This document shows positions 36,920-51,520 of a stretch of 64,000 bases of DNA, piece by piece. Position 1 is the first letter of the stretch. The number at the start of each line of letters is the position of its first letter. Below the pieces are notes generated by a model. The model was not told the DNA's origin. It searched no databases and was given only the letters and a program-made list of their open reading frames with translations. The translations under genes and the position numbers were made by a program. Source of the stretch: Cycas panzhihuaensis (lineage: Eukaryota; Plantae; Cycadophyta); assembly GCA_023213395.1 (NCBI GenBank), contig CM041465.1, positions 156,681,741-156,745,740 on the forward strand, given 5' to 3'.

Positions 36920-38178
36920 CCCCTCTATTCTCCTATAGTGGTTGTACCTACACTTATTCTTTGCCTACTATGAGCTTACCAAATTTTATTTATAGTAGGA
37001 TCTCTTATCAGGAGTTAAGGCTTTGACTGTTACTCTTTCATACATGCATGTGTCCTTTCAACAGCCAGTGGGAATCTTTCTAATGGCAGCCTTCTCCTCT
37101 GTGCAGCATGTAACAAGAATCTTTCAACAAGAGGCTGACATTGACTAGACTTTGTTATAGATAGTTTTTCTTTCTTTGTGATAGATACTATCAAGCAGAG
37201 GCTACAGTTTTTGCATAGGCTTAAATTTTATCAACCCAGTTTTTAACATTTCCAACATAATTAGGTACAAACCTTAACTTTCACCGAACAAACAAAATTC
37301 AATAGCCAACATATGCCACCATTAATTTCAACTTCATAAATTCTCATCAACCAAATTCTTCATAGGGTACATCCCTAGCACATAGCTCCTTCACATAACA
37401 AAGTAAATAAATTATATTACCCAGTGAAAAATTGTCTTGAGTAAACCACGATCACGACTTGGTTCAACTTGTAACAACAACAACATTAGGGCTTCACCTT
37501 CTATCAAACGGCTCTATGGAGCCACCTCCACACCCAACAAAAAAAATGGCAAACCTGCACGACGATAAGCTTGACAAGCAACCTGTTCTAATACCATGTT
37601 GCAATATGTAATGGAAATCATTCAAGATCATTCAATATTCAAGAATAATAGAACAAGTATCACAAACATAATATTATAGCATTAACTCAATATGAAAGAG
37701 ATTACATCATAATGTCTCCACAACCACAATAATATCATAATGGACTCCATCTTGACCCAATATGATCTACTCTACCCCAACCACTTATTTATACATCACA
37801 AGTGGGAAAGAGTAGGACAATATGTGTTACATGTGGGATAAATGACCTCTTACACAACCAACTACATAACACCTATTTATTGACCAATAACCTAATGACC
37901 ACTTATATGCACAAATGTGCATTATATTAACATTACAATGACATTTACCTAAATACATTAGGACACATACACATTAAACATTATCTTCCAATAGGAAATC
38001 CCTCTATAAATACAATATGAATTACAAGAGCCTTGGGCAAGGTTGAATGCATGTGTGCTACTTTTCACAGGTAGAAGAATGAGGGAATGACACATAACCC
38101 TCATAAAGAATCATTAGAGTAGTACAATAATATCTATAGATAAAACATTACTCTTAACACCCTCTTTTAATGTTTTAT

Positions 38179-41100
38179 CTATTTTATTCCAAGTTTGTCT
38201 CTAAAGAATTGGAATTTGTCCTTGCTTAATGGTTTTGTAAATATGTCAATAACTTGCTCCTCTAATATGCAATGTAGCACCTCAATCTCCTTATTTTGAA
38301 CCTTCTCTCTTATGAAATGATGATGAACCTCTATATGCTTTGTTCTAGCATGAAGAATAGGATTTTTGGTCATCTTAATTGTGCTCTGATTGTCACAAAA
38401 TAGAATGGTAAGAATATTCTGTTCTTGACCCAGATCTTTTAGTAACTATCTAATCTAGATAGCTTCATAGGTTGCACTTACTACTGATTTGTATTTGGAT
38501 TCTATGGAGGATAAGGCAATTGTGGACTACTTTTTGCTGCTCTAAGATATTACTATTGAACCCAAGGTGAAACAATATCCTATTGTAGACTTTTTGTCTA
38601 TTCTATCTTCTACCCAATCTGAGTCACTGTAACCTGTTAGCTTCATAGTACCAATCCTTGCATAATTCAAACCCAAATTTATTGTTTCTTTTAAATATAT
38701 AAGTATTCTCTTTGCTACATTCCAATGTGATGTCTTGGGTTCTTGCCTATATCTGGAAATTACTCCAATTGAATAAGAGATGTTGGGTCTTGTAGCAGTG
38801 AGATATAACAGGCTTCCAACTAATTGTCTATATGGGGTTGCATTCACTGCTTAGCCATCTGTATCATGATTTAACACACAACCTATTTCCATAGGTGTGG
38901 CACAATTATTACAATTTTCCATATTGAACCTTTTCAACATATTTTTGATATATTTGGGCTGAGATAAGATAATAGAACCTTTCAATTGAGTTACATCAAT
39001 TCTAAGATATTAATGTAACATTCTAAGATTAGTCATTTCAAAGACTTTTTCTAAATGGCTCTTTATAGATGTAATTGAATCTGTATCACTTCCTATGAAA
39101 AGCATATCATCTACATACACTACTATTATAGATATCAGACCCTTATTGACTTTCACATATAGACTTGGATCAGATTCACACTAGCGAAAGTTATTATGAA
39201 CAAGATATTTATCTAGTTTTGCATACCATGCTCTTGGAGCTTATTTTAGCCCATACAAGGCTTTCTTTAACCTACATACAAGATTTTCTTGTCCCAATTT
39301 TACATAGCTTTTTGGTTGATGCATGTATGCTTCCTCTTTCAGGTGTCCATTTAAGAAAGCACTTTTCACATTAATTTGAATAATTTTCCAATTTTGTTGA
39401 GCAATTAAAGCAATTACAATTCTCATAGTGTTTAGTTTAGTTACTAGTGAGAACGTTTCTTAATAATCTATACCAACGGTTTGAGTGTATCATTTGGCAA
39501 CTAACCTTACTTTACATTTTTCAATTTCTCCATTGGATTTTTCTTTTACCTTGTATACCCATTTGCAATTAACAATGGATTTGTTTACAAGAGGTTCAAC
39601 TAGCCCTCAGGTTTCATTCTTTGCAATTGCTGCAATTTTGGCATCCATTGTTGTTTTCCATTCGGAATGTTGGCTTGCTTCTTCATATGTATCAAGTTCA
39701 ACAAGACAAGCTAATGCTTGATGTTTTTGAGATCTTGTTCTGTGCTAAAAAACATTTCCTTTAGTTTTCTCAACTATATTGAGATACCGTTTTGGTATCT
39801 TTCTTGAAGAAATCTTACTAGTCTGTTCTTCGGATGTAATCTTTTGCTCTTCTCCTTCTCGAATACTTTGTTCGATAGAGGGACTAACTTGACTGCTATC
39901 TGGAGATCTTGCTTCAAAATTCTCATTGTTAGATTCAATGTTTTCTAAAGTGGTTTCAGAATCTTCATCAGAAGAAGTTAATATAGGCTTAACAATAGAA
40001 GTTTCTGATGTTTCTATCTCCTGACATGCTTTTTGATTGCTTTCAAGACTTTCATTAAAGACTACATCTCTATTAATATAAACCCTATTGGTTTTAGGAT
40101 CTATACATCTGTAAGCCTTTGATCTATTGCTATATCCTATCATTATACATTCTATACTTTTGCTATCAAGCTTAGTTCGTTTTTTATCTAGAATATGAAC
40201 ATAAGCCTTGAAATCAAAAACTCTGAGGTTATTTACATCTGGTTTTCGTCCAGTCCAGGCTTCTTATGGTGTCACCTTATGCAAAGCTTGTCTTGGACTC
40301 TTGTTTATCAAATACACTATAGTATTAATAGCTTTTGCCCAGTATGCTTTGGTAACCTATCTATCTTGAATTAGACAACAAGCCATTTCTAGTATAGTCA
40401 TATTCATTCATTTTGCTACACCGTTTTGATTATGGTGAGTAAGGTGTAGTTACCTGTCTATGTATTCTATGTGTTTTGCAAAAGAGATGAAATTCTTTTG
40501 ACATGTATTTGCCTCCACCATCAGAGCAAATGCATTTAATGTTACTGTTGCTTTCTAATTCAGTGTTTGCTTTAAATTCTTTGAAGCGAGCAAATGCTTC
40601 TAATTTACTAAACAAAAAAAAATCCAAGTTTTTCTGAACAAATCATCAATAAAGATGAGAAAAGACTGAGCTCCATTTAAAGAACTTGGTGTGATGGGTC
40701 CACAGAGATCTGTGTGAATTAATTCCAATTTGTTTTGTGCACACCATGTACTTCTTTGATATGGAGTCCTGTGCTACTTTCCCATCATACAACTTTTACA
40801 CACAAAAGGATTAAAGGACATATTTGGTAATCCATTCACCATGTTAGAGTTTCTCAACAATTCTAACCTATCATTTGAGATATGCCCTTACTTCAATGTC
40901 AGATATTATCATTACAACTGGAAACAACAAGAGAGTTTACATCAATTCTAAACATAATAGAACCACTTTTAGGCATAACAAGCATAGAAAGCAACTTATA
41001 AAGATTATTACTTTCTATCCCTTCTGCAATTACAACAACATTATTTTTCATGTCAAGAATGAAAGTGTCTATTTTCATCAAATACAATCCTTAGTTTCTT

Positions 41101-42291
41101 TTTTCTTAACTGGGACACAGACAACAGATTTTTTTCATTCCTAAAACAAAAAGAACATCTCTAATTCTTTGTACCTTTCCATCAATTTTAACAGCAATTA
41201 TTCCAATTTCTTGAATGTGAAGAGGATAATTGTTGCCTAGCTCCCAAAAGGATATGGTTTCAAGGTCTCAAACCATTCTCTTCTACATGTCATGTGATTA
41301 AAGGCTCCTGAATCAAAGTAGCAATCATCTGTTGCATTGAAATTGGCAGCAAGAGCGACAACAAAGGTTGTTTCCACTTTATCTTTCATTGTATCATGTT
41401 CTTTGCTATAATGACTTGCAACTTGCTTCCCTCTCTAAATTTCTACACGTCTCTATGGACATTGATATGGAAAATGTCTAGACTATCCACAGTGATAGCA
41501 TACATCAAACACATGGAAATTACTTGAAAAATGACCTAGTCTTCCACAGTTAAAGCAGACATTGGAGTCTCTCAGGGGGATTGACCTTGCTCGGCCTCTT
41601 CCATCTAACCAACGATCTCTAGAGCCTATCCGTGAAAAGCAATATGTCCACGTCCTCTGCTACTCAAGTTAAGTTTAGACAGAAAGGCTTCGATTTCAGC
41701 TTCTTCTTCATATCTTTTATTCCTCTATTCCTAGTTCAACATATACCCTATTAAAGCCTTAAAGGTCATATTAGCAGTTTGACATCCTCCTGTAAGCATG
41801 TTGACCATGTTATCAAATGATTTAGGTAGTTTATTTACTACCAGATGAATGAGTTCTGGGTTTGTAATCTTCCCTCCAGCTGTAATAAGATTATTCGTAA
41901 CATTGCTTACTTTTGCAACAAAATTAGAAACATGTTGATTTTCTCCCATTCTAAGTTTATATAATTCTTCTCTTAGGGCAATTATTCTAGCCTCATTCCT
42001 TTGACTGAACAGAGAAGTTATCACCTTCCAGATTTCTGGAGAAGTACCTATACTATCTACATAGGATAGAAGAGAATCTGAAATTGAATGTTTGAGGATG
42101 GAAATGGCTATATCGTCCCTCTCTTTCCAGCTTATTAAATCAATGATATCACAAGGTTTTTTTCTTTCTTTAATTACAATTTTCCATGCATTTTTTGCTT
42201 TGAGAAGTCCTCCTCTTTTAATTTTCCAAATGCTAAAATTTGTTTCTGTGAATTTGTCTGCTTCATTAAGGGAAACTATTGAAGAGGCCAT
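38179..42291 (-). pseudogene. gag-pol: Copia gag-pol, disrupted
   Basis: gag 41731-42291, INT 39745-40627, RT 39241-39426 and 38542-38847, RH 38179-38373. Confidence 0.92.
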
Positions 42292-43175
42292 TTTCAGATT
42301 TGTGAAATTAAGCAAAAAGGACCCTGAGACTATATTTTCTGGCTATACGGTCGTACGTTATATAGAAATATACAAAATTTTGTAGGTGTACAGATCACCA
42401 AAAAAAAGGGTGCAAATTATAGCCTTCAGAATGTAGATTCCAAATCTATAAAAATATTTGAAGAAACATTTCTCAGTTGAGCAAAATCTGGGTCAAAATC
42501 CTAGGTTGGTGGCTAGGGTTTTTTGAGAAAAATGATTATAATTTTTTAAATCTTTATCAAACACCTTCGAAATTGATATCAATAGACTTGTCTCAGAGAG
42601 AGGAAGATTTCAAGATAGGTATTACCCGAAATGTCTGAGTAGAATGAAAGAAATCTGTGATCTCCTTTCCAAATCTGTGCCCACTGAAAACTAGTTGAAA
42701 CAACCTTCAATCTCATGATTTTCAAGTTGGGCCTTTAGAGAAAGATGACAACTGGTGAAATTTTAACCAATTCTAAGCACTTCAAAAAATCAGTCCATAC
42801 TTTCTCCGTACTTCGAGCAATTAATGCTTGCTTTGCTTTGCAACCTGAACACTACCGAGACTCCTTCAAATTTTCTCAAAAAAAATCTTTTAGATTCTCT
42901 CAAAAACCCTAAAAAAATTGAATATCAAACTCCTCTTTGGATCCCTACTAAACTTGTCTTAACTAGGGAACCTTGCTCTGATACCATGTAAAACTTTCAA
43001 TGAGTGCTTCATCACATTAATAAGGGAAATCCCTTTATAAATACAATATGAATTACAAGAGCGTTGGACAGGGTTGAATGCATGTGTGCCACTTGCCATA
43101 GGTAGAAGAAAGAGGGAATGTCACATAGCCCTCATAAAGAAACATTAGAGGAGTCAATCACCCTTTAACACAATC

Positions 43176-44108
43176 ATGTCATGCTCTTTGTCAAATTTTC
43201 TCAATAACTTGCATCTAATAAGCCATTTTTTGCATTTCTTCTAACTAGAATAGTTCCAATATTCATTCTCAAAGAGATTCCTAATCCCCCAGGTGACAAG
43301 CGAGAGCTATGTGGAGGCTTGGAATCTTAAACTCATACAGAACAATAACCTCCAATCTATAAATCAAAAAGGGGTTTGCCACGTAGCTCTTTTGTATGCT
43401 GTGTAGAATGCCCATAAGATGGAGGGTAACTTTTCTACTGAATCCGATCAACTAATATCACAGATTATTCGTAGGTTATTTTTTATAATCTTATTAGAGC
43501 TCTCTATTTGGCCATTCACTCGCGAATAATAATTTGAAGTTGATTTGTGATGGTTGATCATAAAAGTCATTGTTGGATAACTACATTGAGAAAGTGGGAA
43601 CCTTGATCACTAACTAGTTCTAATGTGCACCCGAATTTCATGATAATCACTCTGTATAGGAACCATGCCATACTCTGAGCATTAGCATTCATGAGTGGAT
43701 ATGCTTCTACCCATTTTGTAGCATAATTAGTGGTGACATGTATACAACATGCCTGGGATCTCCTAGTTATGGGATGCATGGGGCCAACAAAATCTATTCC
43801 CCATTTCTTAAAAGGAGCTTGGGATAAGATTGGGTTGAGCAGTTGGAAGTCTTGGCAATGAGGTTTCCCTATTTGCTAGCAACAATCATATTTTCTCATT
43901 CAATTTCATGTATCATCAAATAATGTAGGCCACCATAACCCAACATTTAGTATCTTTTAGCACATTGCTTCTGTGTTAACATGCCCACCAACAACATCTT
44001 GATGCATTTGTGATATGCTCAATTTTGTATGGCTCTATGCATCTTTGTACGTCATCAGGACCAAGGTGATATAACTCTCCTTGAATTAGTTGGTAAGGTT
44101 TTGCCTTG
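43176..44108 (-). pseudogene. pol: Old gypsy integrase remnant
   Basis: KPYQLIQGELYHLGPD, NYATKWVEAYP, LVSDQGSHF. Similar to 26842-27960. Confidence 0.85.
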
Positions 44109-45249
44109 TGTGTGCTCTGCATGTGCCACTGATAGAACTTAATGCAAGAAGGGAACATACAGGAGAATAGCAATCACATTACTGACCTAGAAGTATAAGC
44201 ACAATATACACAATAGTTTGAGTTAAACCTTATTTTATTACCGTTGTTAGAATGTTAATGTCTTATCCTATGGTTGTATTTTATGAAACCAAAAGGGTTA
44301 TGTGTCATTGTACCCTCTTTGTATTAAACCGACACTTGTCACTCATGATGGACATGTGTCATCTATGTACAAATTAGTTATGTAAGATTACTTGTATAAG
44401 TGAGAGAACATCCCTCTCATCAAATCAATGAAGAATTCAATTTCATTACCTAAAAATTGTGTTTAGTCTATTTTTCATCATGGTATTAGAGCGGGTTTGA
44501 TAAACTGTGTGAAAATAGCTTAGAAATAAGAAGGTACAAGAAATTGTGAGAGGAGACAAAGAAGAAAAATCTAGAAGAAGGAAGAAAGGAAAAAATTCAA
44601 GTACTAGACAAGGTCGTACAGCGTTGTTTAAAACTGCATAGACATTTTCCAAAGTGCTCAAATTGAAGTGAAATTTTACCAGCAAGGATGTCTCATCGAG
44701 TACATTTCACCGTCCCAAAGACACATTTGCATATTCAGCCTCGATAAGCGAAAAATTAGAGAAAACTAATCACGCGAGTTTAGAGCTTCCAATGCAGATT
44801 TCTTCTAGATTTCTCAATCTCAGGTTGTGTAAGTGGACTCAAAACGATCCTCTATTCATAAGCTCTCTGTTGAATATAAGTTTGCAAAGTTTGATTCAAG
44901 TTTTTTAGAGAAACAAGCAAAAATAGGTTTCAAACCCTAGCCGCCCCTCTGTATTTGAAAAGCTTTTCTTGCCTGTCTGAGACCCAAATCAAAAACCAAC
45001 TTCAGATCCCTATGTGCAGCCTCATTACCTTCGATCCAAAAGAGTTTCAAGAAAATTTGTATGCTTGTACTTTTGACAATACATATGTACAACCGTACAG
45101 ACCAATCTTGTTACAGTCATCTCATAAGCCTGAATCATAGTCTTTGTTTTCAAAAATATCAAAATGGCCTCAATTTATTCTCTAGGTGAGTTAGATAAGT
45201 AGATAGGTATAAATTACTTAGCATGGAAAATAAAAATGAAGGGAATTTT

Positions 45250-48200
45250 TGTTCGGGAACATAAAATCATACAGGTATGTTCCCATCCACAGAATCCTTA
45301 ACCATACACAGCAAGCAAACAAAATAGTCACACAAAATACAGATGCATAGTACACAGGATTTATGTGGGAAAACTCTTTCGGGAAAAAAACCCACCACAA
45401 AAGATCCTTCTGGATCACATTTATTATTACAGAATTGCTTTGATACATTGAATACACAAGGCTTCAAGGCTTTTATACTCATCCAAGAGGTGTCACCTGA
45501 TTAGGGTTGTGACCCTCTGAATAACTCACACCTTTCCACTTAATCACTTTAGTTAAACCACATTAACCTTAATATGTGGCTTAATAAACAACTTCCACGT
45601 TAACATCCCCCCTTAATATGAATGTGGGGAGCCTGCCAACTGCAACAATTATGTTATCACGAAGGTTGGGACTATCCTGTAACTTCTTTATCCTTGTCGA
45701 CAAATCCCCCCTCAAGGTTAACATTGGTGAGTCCCAATCTAGTACGCATCTTCGTGAATTGATTTTTAGTGAGTGGCTTGGTGAACATGTCTGTAAGCTA
45801 GAATTCACTCAGACAATAGTCAACTTGCAGCTTCCCTGACCTGATCTATTTACGAATGTAATGGTGTTGAATCTCGATATGCTTCATACGCGTATGAAAC
45901 TCTGGATTCTTTGACAAACGAATGGCACTCTGATTATCAACAAAGATAACTAGATGTCCATTGGAAACTCTGAGAAACTCCAAGAGACCTTGCACTTAGT
46001 CCTTGATATTCTGCCTCTGTAGAAGATAGTGCCATTGTCTGTTGCTTCTTCGAATGTCACAAAACAAATCCATTACCAACACCAAACAGGTATCTAACAG
46101 TGGAATTTCGATTGTCAGAGTCTCTTCCCCAATCAACATCCATGTAGCCATGCAACGTTATCTCTTTAGCTTGACAGTATTCGAGACCAAGATTGATTGT
46201 CCCCTTCAGGTACTTCAGAATCCACTTTGTTGCAACCAAATGAGGCTCCTGAGAATTCTGCATGTATAGGGAAACCAATCCAACAACATATGCGATATCT
46301 AGCCTAGTATGAGTCAAGTAGATCAGACTCCCTACCAACTAGCAATATTTCATGCCATCCATAGGGGGTTTGGCCATATCCTTCTGCAATCTTGTGCCCT
46401 TAACACATGGTGTTGTAACAGGTTTGTAATTTAGCATCTCAAACTTCTCTAGTAGGTTCTTCACATACTACGACTGCAACGACATGATCCTATCATCCAT
46501 CTGCCTAATCTGAATGCCCAAGAAATAGTGAAGTCTCCCAAGATCTATCATGTCAAATGAAGCTCCCAAATTGGACTTGACTTCTGCTATAGACTTGCCA
46601 CAATTACTGCCAATGATTAAATCATCCACATACACCACGCAAGCAACTATTGAAGTCCCTCTTATTTTCACATACAAGTTCGGGTCAAGTTCTGAAATCT
46701 TGAAACTTTCAACTTTCAACTTAGTATCCATTTTCTCATACCAAGCATGGGGTGATTGTTTCAGGCCATAGATTAACTTCTTCAACCGATAAACAAGATG
46801 CTCCTGGCCATCCTTAACGAATCCCACAGGCTGTGACATGTAAATCTCCTCCTTTAGATCTCCATTAAGGAATGCGAACTTGACGTTCATCTGGTGTAAC
46901 TCTCAACCGTAAGCAGCTGCTAAGGAAATGAGCAAGAGGACCGTTGTCATTTTGGAGACTAATGCAAATGTCTCCTCATAATCAATTCCTTATTTTTGCT
47001 TGAATCCTTGAGCGACAAGTCTGGTCTTGTACTTGTCCACCTCTCCATCGGAGTGGAACTTTGTCTTACAGACCCACTTGCATCCAACAAGGTTCTTCGT
47101 CGGAGGGAGTGGAACCAAATCCCATGTATCGTTCTTCATCAGAGAACCATACTCTTCCTCCATCGCAACTCTCCAATGTGGATCTCCCTTTGCCTCATCG
47201 AATGAATCAGGATCACTGGAGTTGTTGGTGTCTACCAACAAAGTTCAACTAGCATGCTGACTTCTTGTTCTTCTATCATCAATCAGGGTTTGCATCGCCA
47301 CACCAGAATCTTCAATAGTCTTCTTTGTCCATAAAGGTACAGAAGGACCCGTTGCTAGAGGTACTTCTTCTCGTGGCGGCTCCTCACTATTACACGTCCC
47401 ACTTGGTCCTGCGTCCTCAGGTGTTCCAGCGACTGACTCATTGTCCTCTTTGCTTGATGAATCTACGAATGGGAGAAGCAAGGGGTAAAAAGGCTCCTCT
47501 AATGATCTTTCAACATGATACATCGATAACTCATCAAATTTTACATCCTGACTAAACACAATCTTCATCCCCTATGGATCCCATAGTCTATAGGCTTTAT
47601 TCTTCCCATGAATATGCACTTCAGACTCTTCCAATCTAGCTTCTTGTGAGTATCATCTAGGATGTGGACGTATGCAATACACCCAAAAGTTCTTAAATGA
47701 CTAATGACAGGGTTCTGACCAGTCCATTTCTCTTCGAGGGTCATGCTGCGAATTGCCTGAGTGATTACTTGATTCAAGATATAAACAATAGTCGCCACAG
47801 CTTCTGCCCAAAACATCGGTGGCAGGTTTTTAGCATGCACCATACACCTCACCATTTCCATCATGGTACGATTCTTTCATTTAGCAACTCCATTTTGTTG
47901 TGGGGTATACAGGACTGTAAATTCCCGCTTAATACCATGATTGCAGTAGAATTGATTAAATGTATGATTGTTGTATTCCTTGCCATTATCACTTCTTGAA
48001 AACTTTATCTTCTTATAACATTCATTTTCCACCGTCGCTTTCTAGTCACAGAAGTGATCAAAGACATATGACTTGTTTCTGAGAAAGCAAACCCAAGCCT
48101 TCCTGGTGTAATCATCTACAAACACAAGAGTGTACTAAGCTCCTAATATAGAAGAATTTGGGAGAGGTCCCATTACATCTGAATGTACAAGCTCCAACTT

Positions 48201-51200
48201 CTCCTTGGCTCTCTAGGCATTCTCCCGAGCAAAAGGGTAGTGGTGATGCTTGCTATACATACACCCTTCACACACACCATCTGAGCAGAAAACTAATGGC
48301 TATCCTTCCACCATCTTCAACCTCTTCAATAGTGCAATACTCTTGTAGTTAAGGTGTCCTAGGCGATTGTGCCAAAGTTTACTCACATCATCAGCACTGG
48401 CAACAAAGGCATAAGACTTTTTCTAAGATTGAAATTTCTCAAACACCCAGAAGTTGTCCCTGACTTTTCCAGTAGCAAGGACTGAGAAGTTTTGCTTCGG
48501 ATCCTTAATCAGGCATTTATCATTGTAAAGCTCTACCTTCATGCCTTGTTTGCAGATTTCTCGGGCTAAAAGAAGGTTCAACTACATCTTGGGTACATAG
48601 TAGACCCCAGTAAACTTACTCCTGCAATGGATACTTTGTTGATACCTTCCACCAACAAGATGCGAGCATCTCCAAGGACAATTTCCACACCACTGATTTT
48701 CATTCATCGTATCAAAGTTGTGCTTCTAGTAAGAGATATGCTTTTGTGCTCCAGAGTGAAGCACCCAATAATCTCTTTGATCTGACTTGGCTAACAAGGT
48801 TTGTTCTTTGATGTAGTAAGTAGCAACACTCTTCTCTTTATCATCCTGGTTAACTTTGTGCTTGTCACGTCTTTTGAACCAATAGTTCTTCTCTCAATGA
48901 CCATCCTTTTTGCAGTAATTGCATTTTCCATTGAACTACTTCTTGTCTTATGAACTTTCTCCTGACCTCTGTGTGATCTTCTCCTCCTTAGCGGCCTCCT
49001 TCCTTTGAGTCTTCATGGCTAGGGCCTGACTTGAATCAGAACCTCCAAGCATTCCGTGATGTTTAAGCTTGGCATCCTTCGCTAGAATTAGGTTTTTCAG
49101 CCCATTAAATGTTTCTGCCTCCATCACCTCGTCTCTACCATAAATGGTCTAGAAAGTGGCAAACGCAGCTGCCAACTTCGACATGATTATTGCGAACAAC
49201 AAGGCATCATCAATCGAGTTCTGCTCCAGTTCTTCTAGCTTGTTCTCCAAGTCTATGATTTTATTAAGGTAGGAGATGATGTTGTTCTCATCTTCCACAT
49301 GCGAATTAAGTAACTCCAACATCAGAGCAAGACATCTATTCGTCTTCTTTCTCTCAAAGGTATCACATAGTTTTGTCCATATTTCGTCTGGTTCGTCTAG
49401 GTTGTGAACCAAGGCTATCTAGTTTGGCACCAATGACAGTTTCAACAGTCCCACAACCATAAATTTCTTCTCTTCAAGATGAACACGCTCTTTATGGTCT
49501 AATGGAATCGCGTCCACCTTAGCCTTAGTGATATCCTAGAGTTGATTCACCATCAGAATGAGCTCCATATTGGCCTTCCACTCGTTGAAATTGTTACTAT
49601 TGAAGACAACCTTGGGCATGAGGCACTCCATCTCAAGAAACAGACTTCAATATGAATCAAACAACACCAAAACAAATGTTTTCAAAAGAAAAATGCCCCC
49701 CTATGTCCTCCCCTAGCTCAAGGGCGCACTCCGAAGGGTGCCAAACATCGACTATACAAGCGTTAAGTGAGTCACCAATTATTTTCCCTCACAAATGGCC
49801 AACAAACGCCCTTAAATAACCTTAAAAAGTGTCAAAAATGACCCTTAAGGCACTTAAAACAGTGCTCCATGAACAAAGGATGGCTCCACACGGCAATAAT
49901 GCACAGCCTCCAAGTCAAAACCACGTAAATTCTCTTCGATTCGTGCCCAAAACGACTCAAGGATGCTCCAAATACAATACAATATACAATAATATGATCA
50001 ATGGTATAAGGGTCACTTTTTATGAAGTTTCATTGAGGGGAATATGCCAAAAGGCATATTCCCAAAAAGTGCAACTTTTCAAGGTGTCCAATGGATTTTC
50101 ACTCAACACACATGGTAAATACCATATTAGACACGTGTTGAAATCCAATTATGGTTTGAGAAAGGCAAATAAATATTAATTAGAGCCTTTTCAAATCTCC
50201 ATTCTTCCATTATAAGGTGGGGCTGTCTAAAATGTCAAAAACGACCTGTGCGGCCCACACACTTGCAATTCCGACCAGCGTTGTTGTATACAACTGGTAT
50301 GAGGACTGTATACCACCCAGCCACAAGGAAAAACACCTTAGACACAATGGAAAACAGTCCACCCACATCAAAATCAACTCAAGACACCAAGAGAAGAGAC
50401 CCACACACTCTAAAGTGTGCCCAACCAGCACAAGAAGTGCCCAACCACCATAGAAAGCACTCGACCAGCTTCAATACAGTTGTACCATGCTCAATTCATG
50501 CACACAAGTCTCCAAAACAACAAACAAACATCCTAACTACCTCTCAATACCCAGATGTGGGCTAAAAAATGTGCATACAACAAAGATATGAGGTCACACT
50601 CCTAAATAAAAGGCACTACAACTCAAAAATACAATAGATGATACTTTGTACTTCTATATACTTAGTCTAATCTTAGTATAGAGGGTTGAAAATGTTCCAA
50701 ATAGGCTCCAATCTCTCCCTTATATAGACTAGATAAAGGTAATACCAGAAAAGAGCTTGCTTCTCTTTGAATATTATAGTGTTTTGGAGGGGTAAATAAC
50801 TGACTTACTTGTGTACATAGATGGCTGTCCTCATAGTCGCTAAATCACCATTAGTACGTGCTCCGCTGGCTTGAATCACCCTCACAGATCATCAACGTGT
50901 AGCCCTCTAACAAGCCAACTCACACCACAATCATGGCCTTCATGCCTGATTCTTGACTCCAATAGACCCTTATGCTCCATTGAATAATGATTTTTACTGC
51001 TTCGACCGCCATTGATTTGTTGTGCTTACTTCTGCATGTTGCTAGAGATGATGGACCCTTAGGACAAGTCCTGGGTTTGACGGCTTCACCCAGCAACCGA
51101 CGATCTCACCACTGCGCTCAACGTCAGGCTTCAACTGTGTAGAACCCTACGGCTCTGATACCGTGTTCGGGAACATGAATCATACAGGTATGTTCCCATC

Positions 51201-51520
51201 CACAGAATCTTTAACTATACACAACAAGCAAACAAAATATACACATAGAATACAGATGCATAGTACAAAGGATTTACATGGAAAAACCCTTTCGAGAAAA
51301 AAAAATCCACCACAAAAGATCCTTTTGGATCACATTTATTATTACACAATTGCTTTGATACATTGAATACACAAGGCCTCAAGGCTTTTATACTCATCCA
51401 AGAGGTGTCACCCGATTAGGGTCGTGACCCTCTGAATAACTCGCACCTTTTCGCTTAATCACTTTAGTTAAACCACATTAAGATTAATCTGTGGCTTAAC
51501 AAACAACTGTTGCGTTAATA
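45250..51520 (-). mobile_element. Ty1/copia element of a different family (LTRs 51164-51520 and 45250-45605), ~1.5-kb leader, gag-pol ~45677-49631
   Basis: ~356-bp LTR pair, PBS CGGTATCAGAGC 51152-51163, PPT AAGGGGGGA, VYVDDLI, KTRLVAQGF. TSD degenerate (ATTTT/CTTTG). Confidence 0.92.

Larger units (their letters stand above)
33306..37993 (-). mobile_element. Non-autonomous copia derivative carrying captured host-gene fragments (LTRs 37597-37993 and 33306-33701)
   Basis: ~396-bp LTRs about 94% identical, TSD GGAAA, PBS TGGTATTAGAAC 37585-37596, PPT GGAGAGG. No PR, INT or RT. Confidence 0.93.
33263..43170 (-). mobile_element. Full-length decayed Ty1/copia element; 3' LTR (33263-33305 plus 37999-38159) split by an insertion; 5' LTR 42987-43170
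   Basis: TSD CAATC, perfect PBS TGGTATCAGAGC 42975-42986, PPT AAAAGAGGG, copia gag-pol in between. Confidence 0.92.

Noticed and set aside
49829-50565. ORFs antisense in the copia leader as an extra or env-like gene
   Set aside because: Overlapping short frames with no convincing transmembrane or domain signal.
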